NCBI GenBank assembly: GCA_964592485.1 | Contig: CAZQEY010000001.1 | Coordinates: 456 to 64,455, forward strand | Length of the DNA: 64,000 bases | From: an uncultured Planctomycetales bacterium | Lineage (GTDB): Bacteria > Omnitrophota > Gorgyraeia > Gygaellales > JAHJCI01 | Direction of reading: 5' to 3' | Part shown: one piece after another, positions 8,459-17,548 of the stretch | Layout of the letters: every line of letters begins with the position of its first letter | Position numbering within the stretch: the first letter of the stretch is position 1 | Notes under the pieces: generated by a model | What the model was told of the DNA's origin: nothing | The model's database searches: none | The model's input: the letters and a program-made list of their open reading frames with translations, nothing else | Position numbers and translations under genes: made by a program

Positions 8459-8597
8459 ATATGCGAACAGTTATTTTTATTAAATCATCGGATGCCAAAA
8501 CATCTCTAAAAAACTCCCGCAATTCTGACATACCATCTCTAATACGGCATTCTTGAAAAATAAATATTTTCTCAACTGCCTTATCTAATTTGACCAT
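8439..8597 (-). CDS. Small ORF (52 aa) with a perfect Shine-Dalgarno; below the track size cutoff
   Basis: AAAGGAGGTGAtaaaaATG lies upstream. Translation: MVKLDKAVEKIFIFQECRIRDGMSELREFFRDVLASDDLIKITVRIYEKDQD. The stop overlaps the start region of the ParB-methyltransferase gene. Confidence 0.4.
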   Translation of the reverse strand: MVKLDKAVEKIFIFQECRIRDGMSELREFFRDVLASDDLIKITVRIYEKDQD

Positions 8598-8711
8598 TTT
8601 TATCACCTCCTTTTGACCACAGGATAGAATGAATGATTAGCCCTCAAAATAAAAACCAAATAAGGTTTTTGAGGGTAAAATATGGATTTTGGATTGTCAA
8701 AGAGCCATAAT

Positions 8712-8756
8712 TAAAAAAAGAAAAAAGGCCAAAAAATTTAATTATTTTTTGGCCTT
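8712..8756 (-). terminator. Rho-independent terminator ending the six-gene DISARM-like operon
   Basis: A 12-bp stem aaggccaaaaaa / ttttttggcctt followed on the minus strand by a long T-run. It lies ~190 nt after the 803-aa ORF stop. Confidence 0.55.
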
Positions 8757-8943
8757 TGGATACTTTATTTAACTTATTTATTTAGAAAGAGTTATGGGAA
8801 GAATAGTTTTCGTTAATTTTAAAAAATATATTGTAGATTTTAATTTCTGTATATTTTTAATATAACCTGTTGTAGAATAATAAGATAGGTATTATTTCTG
8901 GAGGATTTTGCTGTCTAAAGAATTAAATTAGGGAACCCCTTTT

Positions 8944-11355
8944 TTACATTTTTACGGTAAATTTCTTAGAAAGTAGCCGCAAAATTAGCTTCTGCTTTAG
9001 TAAAATGCGGTATTTTATCTCTAATACATTTCTTCCTTCATGAAATCTAATATAGTCTCGCCGTTGCACTTGCGGCAAATATTTTTCATATTTCTTGAAG
9101 ACTTTAATTACAAGTTGTTTTGCAATTCTATTCCACTTCTTCCCCCGTGACGATAAAGTTGCTATCCCATATTTCTCAAGAATAGCCGAAATATCGGCTT
9201 CATACTCTACCAATCTTTCAGAACAAATAACCCTTTCGTAACGTGCCGCATTCTCAATCAAGGAAATTTCCCCGGAACTCAAAATATTCTCAATCGGTTC
9301 CAGGATATTCTTTCCATATCTAAAGGGGTGAATAATGGGCAGAAAATTCTCCTGCTCTATTATAATCTTCGCAAGGTACTCCCATTTTTGCATATGAGTC
9401 TTGTTTTCTATTTTAAAATTACGTCCTATTAGACTTTGCATCTGGAGTAGATTTAAAAAATGGTATCTATAGAAAAATTTTTCATTCGAATGTAGAATTA
9501 ATTCCTCGCTTAAAAGTTTATCGATAACTTCCTTTAAAGGAGGCTCGCCGATTATCCGGCTTGCTAATTTCTGCTCAAGCTCTTTAATAGTCAAATATTG
9601 ATAATATTTAAGTAATGCAATTACAGTGCTTGCTAAAACTTTTTCCTTTCCTGTATCTTTAACTGCTGTTCCTGGAGTCAACTGGAACACTGGAATATTC
9701 TCTTTAAGGCGCATATTTTTAAGGGCGCAACTCTGGGCAAAGAAGGTTTTCCACATTCTCTCAGAAGACAACTCAAAAAGTTTTTGAAGATTTGGGTCGG
9801 TATATGTCTCCCTGTCCCAGCATATAAAAAATTTATTGCCAAAAATATCTTCAAAAAGAGAGGTAGGCTCATCGAATTCCCTAACATCTTTTTGAAGCAA
9901 TCTCCCGCATCCGGAAAAATATCTGCTCAGCTCTAAATGACCCCGCCAAAGATTCTGATCCATATTCAAGAAAAATGAACAAAGTTTAAATTCATCAACT
10001 AACATTTTTTCGCAAGTAGGTATACCTGCAAGGGTAAGTAAGCCTTCTTTAATTTCAGCTCTCTTAGAGCGCGCTATGAGAAATTCTGTGCGTGGAGTAA
10101 GCCTTGCTCTCCCTATATAAGGCATAATTCTCCACTGAGTCAGCAATATACTAGCAGGCCACTTTGCTGAACTCATATCTCTTATAATTGGATAAGTAGT
10201 TTTACAGCCAGCCATTATTTCTATCTCAGGGAATATAATTTTATAGTAATTGCTCCCTTGGTATTGTTTTTTTGCACTTGCTGAGGCATCAATTATGATT
10301 CCAAGCAATTCAGGAGGTAAGCCATTATCTCTTAATTCCTTAAAATCTATAGCCGATGGCAGGCGTGCTTTTAAATAATCTAAAAACTGCATGGGCATAG
10401 CGTTTAATTCATAACTTGCATTGGCAAAATGTACAAGTTTCTCTCTTAAACTCAAATCACTTATAGCTTCCCAGTCGCAAAATTGAATTACTTCAAAAAA
10501 TTTTTTTGTTTTTTCTTGGCTGCGCAAAAATTCTGAGTATATACCTTTAAAAATATCTGACACTGCTCCAGCAAATTGGACAATTTCGATATTTTTTTCA
10601 GCCGTAGGAGAACCTTCAATTAAGTCAATATCTAAACAGCCAAATGCAGATTTAAGCAACTCTATATCTGATTTGTAATAAATTAAAATTTGCCCAAACT
10701 GAGCAAGGGGTAATTCCTTATATATGTAATGGTAGTGAGGTCCTGGCAGCCATATGTTAGTGTGTTTCAGGAAAACAAAATCTCCGCAAACCTGAAACAA
10801 TTCCCTTGCAGGGAATGATCTCCCGTGAGCCTCTACCAAAGCATTTGTTTTATCTTTCACTTCCTCTAACTCACACTCGCCTGCTCTAAATAACATAGTA
10901 GCTAATCCATATTTATAGGCCAAAAGAGAATTTTCCCTGGCAAAAACCTTATGTTTCCCTAGCCTTTCTTTAATTTTGCAGGTTTTCAGCGACCTAGAAA
11001 CTGGAGAAAAGTAATGCCAATTATCCCCGCTGCCATCTGCAGGAATCGGAATTTCATAGAGCCTAAAGGGGCTCGCTTGAACTTCGCCTTTTATTGCTTT
11101 TGGCAAATGATTGGCTTTTTCTTGCAAACTTAAAGTTTTCACTCTAAGCCGCGCAAGTTCTAACGCAGCTTCTTCTGCCTTAGCTCTTGAGATAACTAAC
11201 TCGGGTCCTTTTATATATTTCCTTAAAAGTGGCGGGAGGCAAGAAAGGTCTAAATGGGTATCAAATAGAAACCTACACCTTTTAACTTCTACAGCTTGGT
11301 AATCTTCAAGGATTTTCTCACTATTTGCATTTTGAGATAATGTAGCCATGTTCAA
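8944..11355 (-). CDS. 803-aa protein of unknown function; last gene of the DISARM-like operon, possible DrmE-like accessory component
   Basis: Its start overlaps the upstream PLD gene by 35 nt, which suggests translational coupling. No recognisable catalytic motif and no TM segments. Confidence 0.5.
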   Translation of the reverse strand: MNMATLSQNANSEKILEDYQAVEVKRCRFLFDTHLDLSCLPPLLRKYIKGPELVISRAKAEEAALELARLRVKTLSLQEKANHLPKAIKGEVQASPFRLYEIPIPADGSGDNWHYFSPVSRSLKTCKIKERLGKHKVFARENSLLAYKYGLATMLFRAGECELEEVKDKTNALVEAHGRSFPARELFQVCGDFVFLKHTNIWLPGPHYHYIYKELPLAQFGQILIYYKSDIELLKSAFGCLDIDLIEGSPTAEKNIEIVQFAGAVSDIFKGIYSEFLRSQEKTKKFFEVIQFCDWEAISDLSLREKLVHFANASYELNAMPMQFLDYLKARLPSAIDFKELRDNGLPPELLGIIIDASASAKKQYQGSNYYKIIFPEIEIMAGCKTTYPIIRDMSSAKWPASILLTQWRIMPYIGRARLTPRTEFLIARSKRAEIKEGLLTLAGIPTCEKMLVDEFKLCSFFLNMDQNLWRGHLELSRYFSGCGRLLQKDVREFDEPTSLFEDIFGNKFFICWDRETYTDPNLQKLFELSSERMWKTFFAQSCALKNMRLKENIPVFQLTPGTAVKDTGKEKVLASTVIALLKYYQYLTIKELEQKLASRIIGEPPLKEVIDKLLSEELILHSNEKFFYRYHFLNLLQMQSLIGRNFKIENKTHMQKWEYLAKIIIEQENFLPIIHPFRYGKNILEPIENILSSGEISLIENAARYERVICSERLVEYEADISAILEKYGIATLSSRGKKWNRIAKQLVIKVFKKYEKYLPQVQRRDYIRFHEGRNVLEIKYRILLKQKLILRLLSKKFTVKM

Positions 11356-12160
11356 TCTCAGTAGACTTGTCCCATATAATATTAAATAGCCGCGTAAGTA
11401 CTTTTGCTTTATTTGCGGATTTAATAACCGCCCCTACTTCAAAATTATTGCAGAGCGCATTAAGCCTTATTTCTGCACTGCCAATATATACTTCTTTTAT
11501 TCCGCTTATAATCAGTTTTGCGTGAAGAGCTTCCACAACACTCTTCCTGCCCTTACTACTTTCTGCTATATACGAATAATTGGCGATTGAAATGTTTTTG
11601 CCAAAAAATGAAATAAGGTCATATAAACCTAAAATTTGGCTCACTGAGGGATTATCTATATCATCTATCCTGGTAATTAACCTAACAGAAACTTTTTGAT
11701 TTGCCGCCCGGCTAAATGCCTTTTCTAAATATTGAACTCCTCCCCTGTCCAGAAATGGCGAACAGATAAGCAACTCTGACTTACAGGAAGATATAATCTC
11801 GCTAATTAAATCTCTTATCTTCTGAATATTTAGAGTAGAAAGCGATTGCCTCAAAGAACTATGTAGCGTCGTAGCAATAAAGCAATTTTCAGAAACTTCT
11901 TTCGCATCGAGTGGCTTTATTTTTTTAATTTCTTTAGGAGGATGCGCAATTGTATCAGGGACTTTTGCTGCAATTAAACTCACCTTACTTCTTTCGAAAT
12001 CCGGATTATCTTCAATTATTGCCAAAGCTTCTGAGCCCATAAGTTGAAAAATTAACTCGCGCGCCTCTGGAGGCTTCATGCCTTTAGAAACAAAAAACTC
12101 AGTAAGCTGCCTAATTTCTAGAGGCCATTTCAAGCTAATTAATTCTCTTACGCCAGGCAT
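11321..12160 (-). CDS. Phospholipase D-family (HKD) nuclease; DrmC-like
   Basis: HKD motif LHAKLIISG...GSAEI (HxK...GSxN). 279 aa. It overlaps the upstream gene by 13 nt. Confidence 0.7.
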   Translation of the reverse strand: MPGVRELISLKWPLEIRQLTEFFVSKGMKPPEARELIFQLMGSEALAIIEDNPDFERSKVSLIAAKVPDTIAHPPKEIKKIKPLDAKEVSENCFIATTLHSSLRQSLSTLNIQKIRDLISEIISSCKSELLICSPFLDRGGVQYLEKAFSRAANQKVSVRLITRIDDIDNPSVSQILGLYDLISFFGKNISIANYSYIAESSKGRKSVVEALHAKLIISGIKEVYIGSAEIRLNALCNNFEVGAVIKSANKAKVLTRLFNIIWDKSTEIEHGYIISKCK

Positions 12161-13794
12161 TTATCCCAATATCCTATATTTTTACTTATAGTAACTACTA
12201 ATTTTCTGTCTAAGTTTGCATTGAACATTTCATTACATGACCTCTCAGCAATATATAAACACCCATGACACGCGGACGGTACATGAGCTTCGCATAAAGG
12301 GTCATAGGGGCAATTCTCTGCAGCATGCCTTGTTTTATGGAGCCAATTATACATCTGCGATTCAAAAGTTGACTTTAAAGCGCCTAACTCTGTGCCTTCA
12401 GTGCTGAAAATCACAAAAGACATTGCTGGGGTAAATACCATTTCCCCTAAGTTATCTCTGGATATTCCGCTAAAAATTTCACTCTGCCTGATCATGAGGT
12501 GGCTAATTGTATGAAGGAGAGTTTTTACTGCGGAAGGAATATCTCCTGCACAATCTCCGCTAGAAGTTAGCAAGATTTTCCGCAGTGATTTTTCATCCAA
12601 TTCTTTTCCTGATTTATTCAGCCAATTTACTACTCTTGCAGGTGACAATTCTACAAGGAGCGCCTCACTTTCATAACACCTCGTTAAGACATTATAATTC
12701 CCATACCCGGCATCAAATAATTGTAGTTTGGAATTAGCTTCATCTGTAGAGCCAACAAGGTAGCCATATACCATTGTTACTAGAGGTATACGGTCCAGGT
12801 AAAACAATTTTAACCCAAAATCTTTTTCTACCTTTGATGCCTCTGCCTCACTTAGCTTGCCGTCAAAAGCTATATGTGAGGTAGCGCCTTTATATTCGGA
12901 AAGCAGCCTCCTTACATTGAAAGAAATCTCTCCTATTTCCTCCCGGATAATTTCCTCTCGAGACCTCTCGCTGGGGTGCTTCTCTTTATAATCGGCAATC
13001 ATCTTTTCCTTGAAACTCTCATCAGCTTCCATATTCCGTTGAGCTATTTCTCTCATTGGCTCTGGCAAATCTCCCAGAATTTTCTCTTCAAGAGTGCCGC
13101 CCTCAAATCTAAACCACGAATCTATACACTCTTCCCAGCCCGAACCTACATCTACAGCGTTTATAGACATAGGCTTTATAGCAGAAGCTGCTGGCATAGG
13201 CTTCATTTTAACTCTATCGTCAGTTGAGCAATTACATAAATAGCTAAGGTGAACTTTAGTTTTGCAATTTGGGCAAAGCCATGTTGACTTAGCAAAATTC
13301 TCTTTCACAAGGTAAAGTTCAAAATAACTTTTCTTACATTCGTAACATAGCTTAGGTTTAATTTCCTGAATATTTCCGCATTGAGGGTGAGTAAATATGT
13401 GGACAATTTGCGAGAGCGAACTTTTACAATTTGGGCATATAAAGTCGCTTTCTTTAATATCTTTCTTCTTTTGCAAATCGTACACTTTATTGCACTGCGG
13501 GCATAAGAATGACGCCGGCGCTAACTCGGGGTCAATACTTCTATATTCTCTAAATTGAAATTGCCTCTTTGCAGGTAGCCGCTTACCTTTCCCTTCTGTA
13601 AGTCCCATTTCATGCCTGCATATCCTCTGTGTAATTATCCTTTCAAGCCTTACTTCATCGCGGACTTTTGCATTAGATAGAATTCGCTCATAATTATTCC
13701 CTGCCTTGCACATTATATCCCGAACGAGAAAATAAGCATTCGGGAATGCATAAAACAAAGCAGCAGATATACTCATTTCATTTCTCTTTATCAT
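12148..13794 (-). CDS. Cys-rich zinc-ribbon protein, DUF1998-like; DrmB-like
   Basis: Two N-terminal CxxC...CxxC zinc ribbons (CPQCNKV...CPNCKSS and CYECKKS...CPNCKTK) and a C-terminal CPYDPLCEAH...CHGC cluster. Its ATGA start overlaps the stop of the helicase gene. Confidence 0.55.
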   Translation of the reverse strand: MIKRNEMSISAALFYAFPNAYFLVRDIMCKAGNNYERILSNAKVRDEVRLERIITQRICRHEMGLTEGKGKRLPAKRQFQFREYRSIDPELAPASFLCPQCNKVYDLQKKKDIKESDFICPNCKSSLSQIVHIFTHPQCGNIQEIKPKLCYECKKSYFELYLVKENFAKSTWLCPNCKTKVHLSYLCNCSTDDRVKMKPMPAASAIKPMSINAVDVGSGWEECIDSWFRFEGGTLEEKILGDLPEPMREIAQRNMEADESFKEKMIADYKEKHPSERSREEIIREEIGEISFNVRRLLSEYKGATSHIAFDGKLSEAEASKVEKDFGLKLFYLDRIPLVTMVYGYLVGSTDEANSKLQLFDAGYGNYNVLTRCYESEALLVELSPARVVNWLNKSGKELDEKSLRKILLTSSGDCAGDIPSAVKTLLHTISHLMIRQSEIFSGISRDNLGEMVFTPAMSFVIFSTEGTELGALKSTFESQMYNWLHKTRHAAENCPYDPLCEAHVPSACHGCLYIAERSCNEMFNANLDRKLVVTISKNIGYWDKCLA

Positions 13795-16700
13795 TTCTTC
13801 AGCTCCTCTAAATCTTCATCTTCTCCAGTTTCTTCTCTTTCTACTTCTGTTTCTTCATCTACCGGCGCTTCTTTTACATTAATTTTCGCTAAGCCCGCTC
13901 GCTTTGCTGCTTCTACTGCAGAGTTATACTTTACCTCAACTTGCGGCTGAATATTTCGAAGGCTATAACGAAATTTGCCTTGGCTTTTAAAAGGGTCTGT
14001 TATAAATGAACTTGGATTTTCTTTAACAGCTTCCTTAAAGTATTCCCAAAAATCCTCAATTTTTTCCTCATATGCTCCGCTGCCATCATCTTGAGAGCGG
14101 TAAATGCGTTTAAGAATTCCCAGCATTTCCTTTTCAGGAAAGCCACTTTCTAAAGCATCTCTTACTCTATTGCACCAGCGGAAATCTTGCCCCATCTTTG
14201 GTCCAAAATGGAACAAAAGCAAAGAGACAACAATGTTATTAAATGTTTGGTCTATTGCTGTGCGCGCAAATCTATTCAGAGGAATACCTTCAAGTATTTT
14301 ATCAGCAGTATGTACAAATGGACTCCAATATGTATAATATGAAACATCTCTGTCCTTATTGGGGCCGAGGACTGCTAAACAGAAAGCAGGTTTTCTCCGA
14401 CCTGTCCTGTTAAGAGTCTGGATGAATTCGCTTACATTAGAAGGAAGGCCAAAGAAAAATATGCTATTAAGATTCTCTATATCAATGCCTATAGAGGCGA
14501 TGTTTGTTGCATATATAAGTTCTTGCTGACGATTTTTTATTTTCTCTACAACTGAAGCCACCTTTTCTTCTTCAAAGTGCCTGCCAGAAAGCTCAACATA
14601 GCGCAGTGGAGGCGACCCTCTCTGTACTCTTTTAGGATTTATAGCATTCTTTATCATTTCCTGAAGGGTGTTTATATTTTTGTATGAAGAACAATAAATC
14701 ATAATCTGAGAAATAGAATAAAGTGGGTGGTTTATGTTAACGTGGCTTATATCAAAGCCGTAAATTTCAGCAAGAGTTTCAAAGTAAATATTACATAAGT
14801 CTGGTATAGCCCATGTTAATGGCCTATCTTGCGGCAATAAAGCAAGGGTTATATGTTTTAATTCGCTCTTCTCTATATAATATGCTCGGCTTTCTTTTTG
14901 GGGAGGCAGAATTATAGATTCTCCCTTGCCTACAAATCCAAGCTGGAACATGTGCCTCTTTATATAAGCAATAGTTGCTGTAGAAACAATAGGAATAGGG
15001 TATACACCAGTGTTTGCTTTGAAGATTTCTGCATAATCTGTCTCTATATGTGAATTTAATGTTCCTTCCGGCCCTCTGATTAAATGGCCTTCATCTAAAA
15101 TCAGAATACCAGGCTTTACTACTTGCTTTGAATTAGATAAGTCTCTCTTACAATCTGGGCAGCGGTTTCCAAGCATATAGCCGTGGTTTGGGCAAAAATA
15201 GGCTTCAATACCTAATAGGTTCCTTAACTTTTGCTGCATGGACCTTGCTATGAATTTATCCCACGTTGCAATCAAAAAACTTGGCACCTGAAAAAATATC
15301 TCATCTCCTATACCTAATGTGAGCCTATGCCCTTTTTCGCATATAAGTTGAGACGCGCCTGCGCAAAACTTTTTTTCTTCTTTCCATTCGCTATTGCAAA
15401 CTCCTCTTCCTGAAATAGGCCTTGGACATTTGCTTATAATATCTTTTGGCGACTCATAGGCCCCCTTCTTGCCAACAAAATATCCTATTCCTGCTGGCTC
15501 TCCTAAAATTTCATCCAAAACAATACTATATCCAGCAAGCCTCCGCGCCTGATCACTGCTTAACAGTGTAACAGGGTATTTGATTATATTAATTGACTTA
15601 GAACCTTTTTGTTTCTCAAAAAAGATAGCCCACATAGCCGCCGAAAGGAAACTCTCTGTTTTGCCTCCAGCAGTTGGAATATTTAGCACTATTGGCTGAA
15701 GATCCATTTTTCCCTTTAGGTAACAACTGGCAGCTACAAGCAAAGTAACTAATTGGTGACAATACCAAGGCACCTCTTTTCCAAAACACCGACCGTATAC
15801 TTCTGATACTTTCTTAAACGCACCCATACCTTGTGGAGAACGCTTAATTTCTTCAGCGCACTCCTTAAGAAAAGAAATATGAGCATCACTAGCTCCTGCT
15901 TTTTCTAATATCGAAATAACTGAATCTATGGCTTCTCCAGGAGCTTCTGCGGCTTCCTTAAATGTGGGGCCTTTCCTGGGTTCTTCCATCTGCGTTTTTG
16001 ACTTAGCAATTGGTGTAAAAATTAGTTCTTTTTCTGTACTTAGCTCTTTATCAAAGGAAATATTAGCACTAAATGCTTCTACATTATAGTCATCCAGAAC
16101 GGGGCATTTAAAATCCATTAGCGAATTCTCTTTTAAGCCAATTTTTATTCTTACATCGAACCAGTTTGACTCTCCAGCCGCCCTGCTTTTGCCGCTATAC
16201 GTGTTCGCCAATATTATAGAGACTAGCGAAGCCCCATCTTCCCTTATTTCAGAATTAACAGCAATACTGCCTTGCCAGTTTGGCGAATCTCCTAAAGATT
16301 TATAACTTTCTCTGAAATCTGCAAGGTCTAATTCTACAAAGTTATTTTCAAGACTGAGCCTAAATGTTTTGGCATAACGCTTTCTAATAAATACAGTCTG
16401 ACTTTGCGCTTCTCCTTTCTCTGGAGCCGGCGCGCTCTGACTAGAATGTGTTCCGTTAACCGGTGATTGAGATAGTCTTTCTCTCCAATCTTTCCATATT
16501 TCATCTTCTTTTATCTCATCAGCTAATCCTCTTAAGTCTTGCAAAACTTTACCTTTTAACGGCGCCTTTGCCCGAAAGTACAGCGTAAAAGAGGGAGTAA
16601 TACTTATATCCTTAAGCTCCCCCTGTACTCTAAATTGCACCTTACAAGAGCTAGGTGCAACTTTACTTTTATATTCAAAGTTTCTCCTATTTGAGTCAGA

Positions 16701-16850
16701 TTCTGAGGCTGGAAACAACATCCCTGTATTAAACTTATCAGAAGGCAGTGAATCTGTTACTAATCTTTGGCTATCGCAATTGCCAAGCACTCTTTTAATA
16801 AAACTATCTGAAAAATCAATTACCGCTTTTGAAAGTTGATCTTGAAACAT
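13791..16850 (-). CDS. Large SF2 helicase (1019 aa); DrmA-like
   Basis: Walker A NIPTAGGKTESFL, motif II ILILDEGH (DEGH), motif III STATIA, motif VI QTLNRTGRR. There is an ~350-aa N-terminal domain of unknown function. Confidence 0.7.
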   Translation of the reverse strand: MFQDQLSKAVIDFSDSFIKRVLGNCDSQRLVTDSLPSDKFNTGMLFPASESDSNRRNFEYKSKVAPSSCKVQFRVQGELKDISITPSFTLYFRAKAPLKGKVLQDLRGLADEIKEDEIWKDWRERLSQSPVNGTHSSQSAPAPEKGEAQSQTVFIRKRYAKTFRLSLENNFVELDLADFRESYKSLGDSPNWQGSIAVNSEIREDGASLVSIILANTYSGKSRAAGESNWFDVRIKIGLKENSLMDFKCPVLDDYNVEAFSANISFDKELSTEKELIFTPIAKSKTQMEEPRKGPTFKEAAEAPGEAIDSVISILEKAGASDAHISFLKECAEEIKRSPQGMGAFKKVSEVYGRCFGKEVPWYCHQLVTLLVAASCYLKGKMDLQPIVLNIPTAGGKTESFLSAAMWAIFFEKQKGSKSINIIKYPVTLLSSDQARRLAGYSIVLDEILGEPAGIGYFVGKKGAYESPKDIISKCPRPISGRGVCNSEWKEEKKFCAGASQLICEKGHRLTLGIGDEIFFQVPSFLIATWDKFIARSMQQKLRNLLGIEAYFCPNHGYMLGNRCPDCKRDLSNSKQVVKPGILILDEGHLIRGPEGTLNSHIETDYAEIFKANTGVYPIPIVSTATIAYIKRHMFQLGFVGKGESIILPPQKESRAYYIEKSELKHITLALLPQDRPLTWAIPDLCNIYFETLAEIYGFDISHVNINHPLYSISQIMIYCSSYKNINTLQEMIKNAINPKRVQRGSPPLRYVELSGRHFEEEKVASVVEKIKNRQQELIYATNIASIGIDIENLNSIFFFGLPSNVSEFIQTLNRTGRRKPAFCLAVLGPNKDRDVSYYTYWSPFVHTADKILEGIPLNRFARTAIDQTFNNIVVSLLLFHFGPKMGQDFRWCNRVRDALESGFPEKEMLGILKRIYRSQDDGSGAYEEKIEDFWEYFKEAVKENPSSFITDPFKSQGKFRYSLRNIQPQVEVKYNSAVEAAKRAGLAKINVKEAPVDEETEVEREETGEDEDLEELKK

Positions 16851-17532
16851 TATTCAAACTCCTTTTTCCATAGTTACAAAAATTTTGTAAAACGCACCTT
16901 TGGCATTTCGGAAACTGATTACGGCAGCAGTCGCGCCCAAGACTAATGCAATTAACATGATACGAATATCTTTTCTGAAGAGGTATTAATTTTTCTAACC
17001 TGTGGTGCGCCTCTGCTAAACTAATATGCTGAGGAATCAAACCTAACCTACATGAAATCCTGAAGACGTTAATATCAACTGGCAAAACACCCCTGCTCAA
17101 TGAATACATTAAAATACAGTAGGCCGACTTAATACCAAGCCCCGGCAAACCCATTAAGTAGTCTAATGCCTCCGGAGTTTCTAATTTTTTAAGCCAGGCC
17201 AAACTTACTATTCCTCTATCCTTATAAATCTTTTTTATCAAGTTCTTTATTTGCCCTGCCTTTTGATTTTCAAGACCGCTCGATTTAATTACATTAGCTA
17301 TATTCTTTATTGGCATCTTCAATATATTTTTCCAGACTTTACATTTGCCTTTTAATTTTTTGTACGCCTCGGAAAATCTCTGTCCGTCAGTTTGTTTTGA
17401 TAGTATTATATAAATGGCTTCATCAAGCGGATTACTCTTGTTCCCATGTCTTGAATTTCCATATTTTTCAAGTCTGCGAATTATCTTATAAATGTCTTTC
17501 CGGGAGGATACTTTCTTAATCTTAACTTTCAT
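16816..17532 (-). CDS. HhH-GPD / endonuclease III-family DNA glycosylase with a [4Fe-4S] loop
   Basis: HhH motif LPGLGIKSAYCIL...PVDINVFRI. C-terminal C-x6-C-x2-C-x5-C (CRNQFPKCQRCVLQNFC) is the Nth/MutY iron-sulfur signature. It lies 16 nt after the methyltransferase gene and overlaps the helicase start by 35 nt. Confidence 0.75.
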   Translation of the reverse strand: MKVKIKKVSSRKDIYKIIRRLEKYGNSRHGNKSNPLDEAIYIILSKQTDGQRFSEAYKKLKGKCKVWKNILKMPIKNIANVIKSSGLENQKAGQIKNLIKKIYKDRGIVSLAWLKKLETPEALDYLMGLPGLGIKSAYCILMYSLSRGVLPVDINVFRISCRLGLIPQHISLAEAHHRLEKLIPLQKRYSYHVNCISLGRDCCRNQFPKCQRCVLQNFCNYGKRSLNNVSRSTFKSGN

Positions 17533-17548
17533 AGTCTAACTATAAAAT

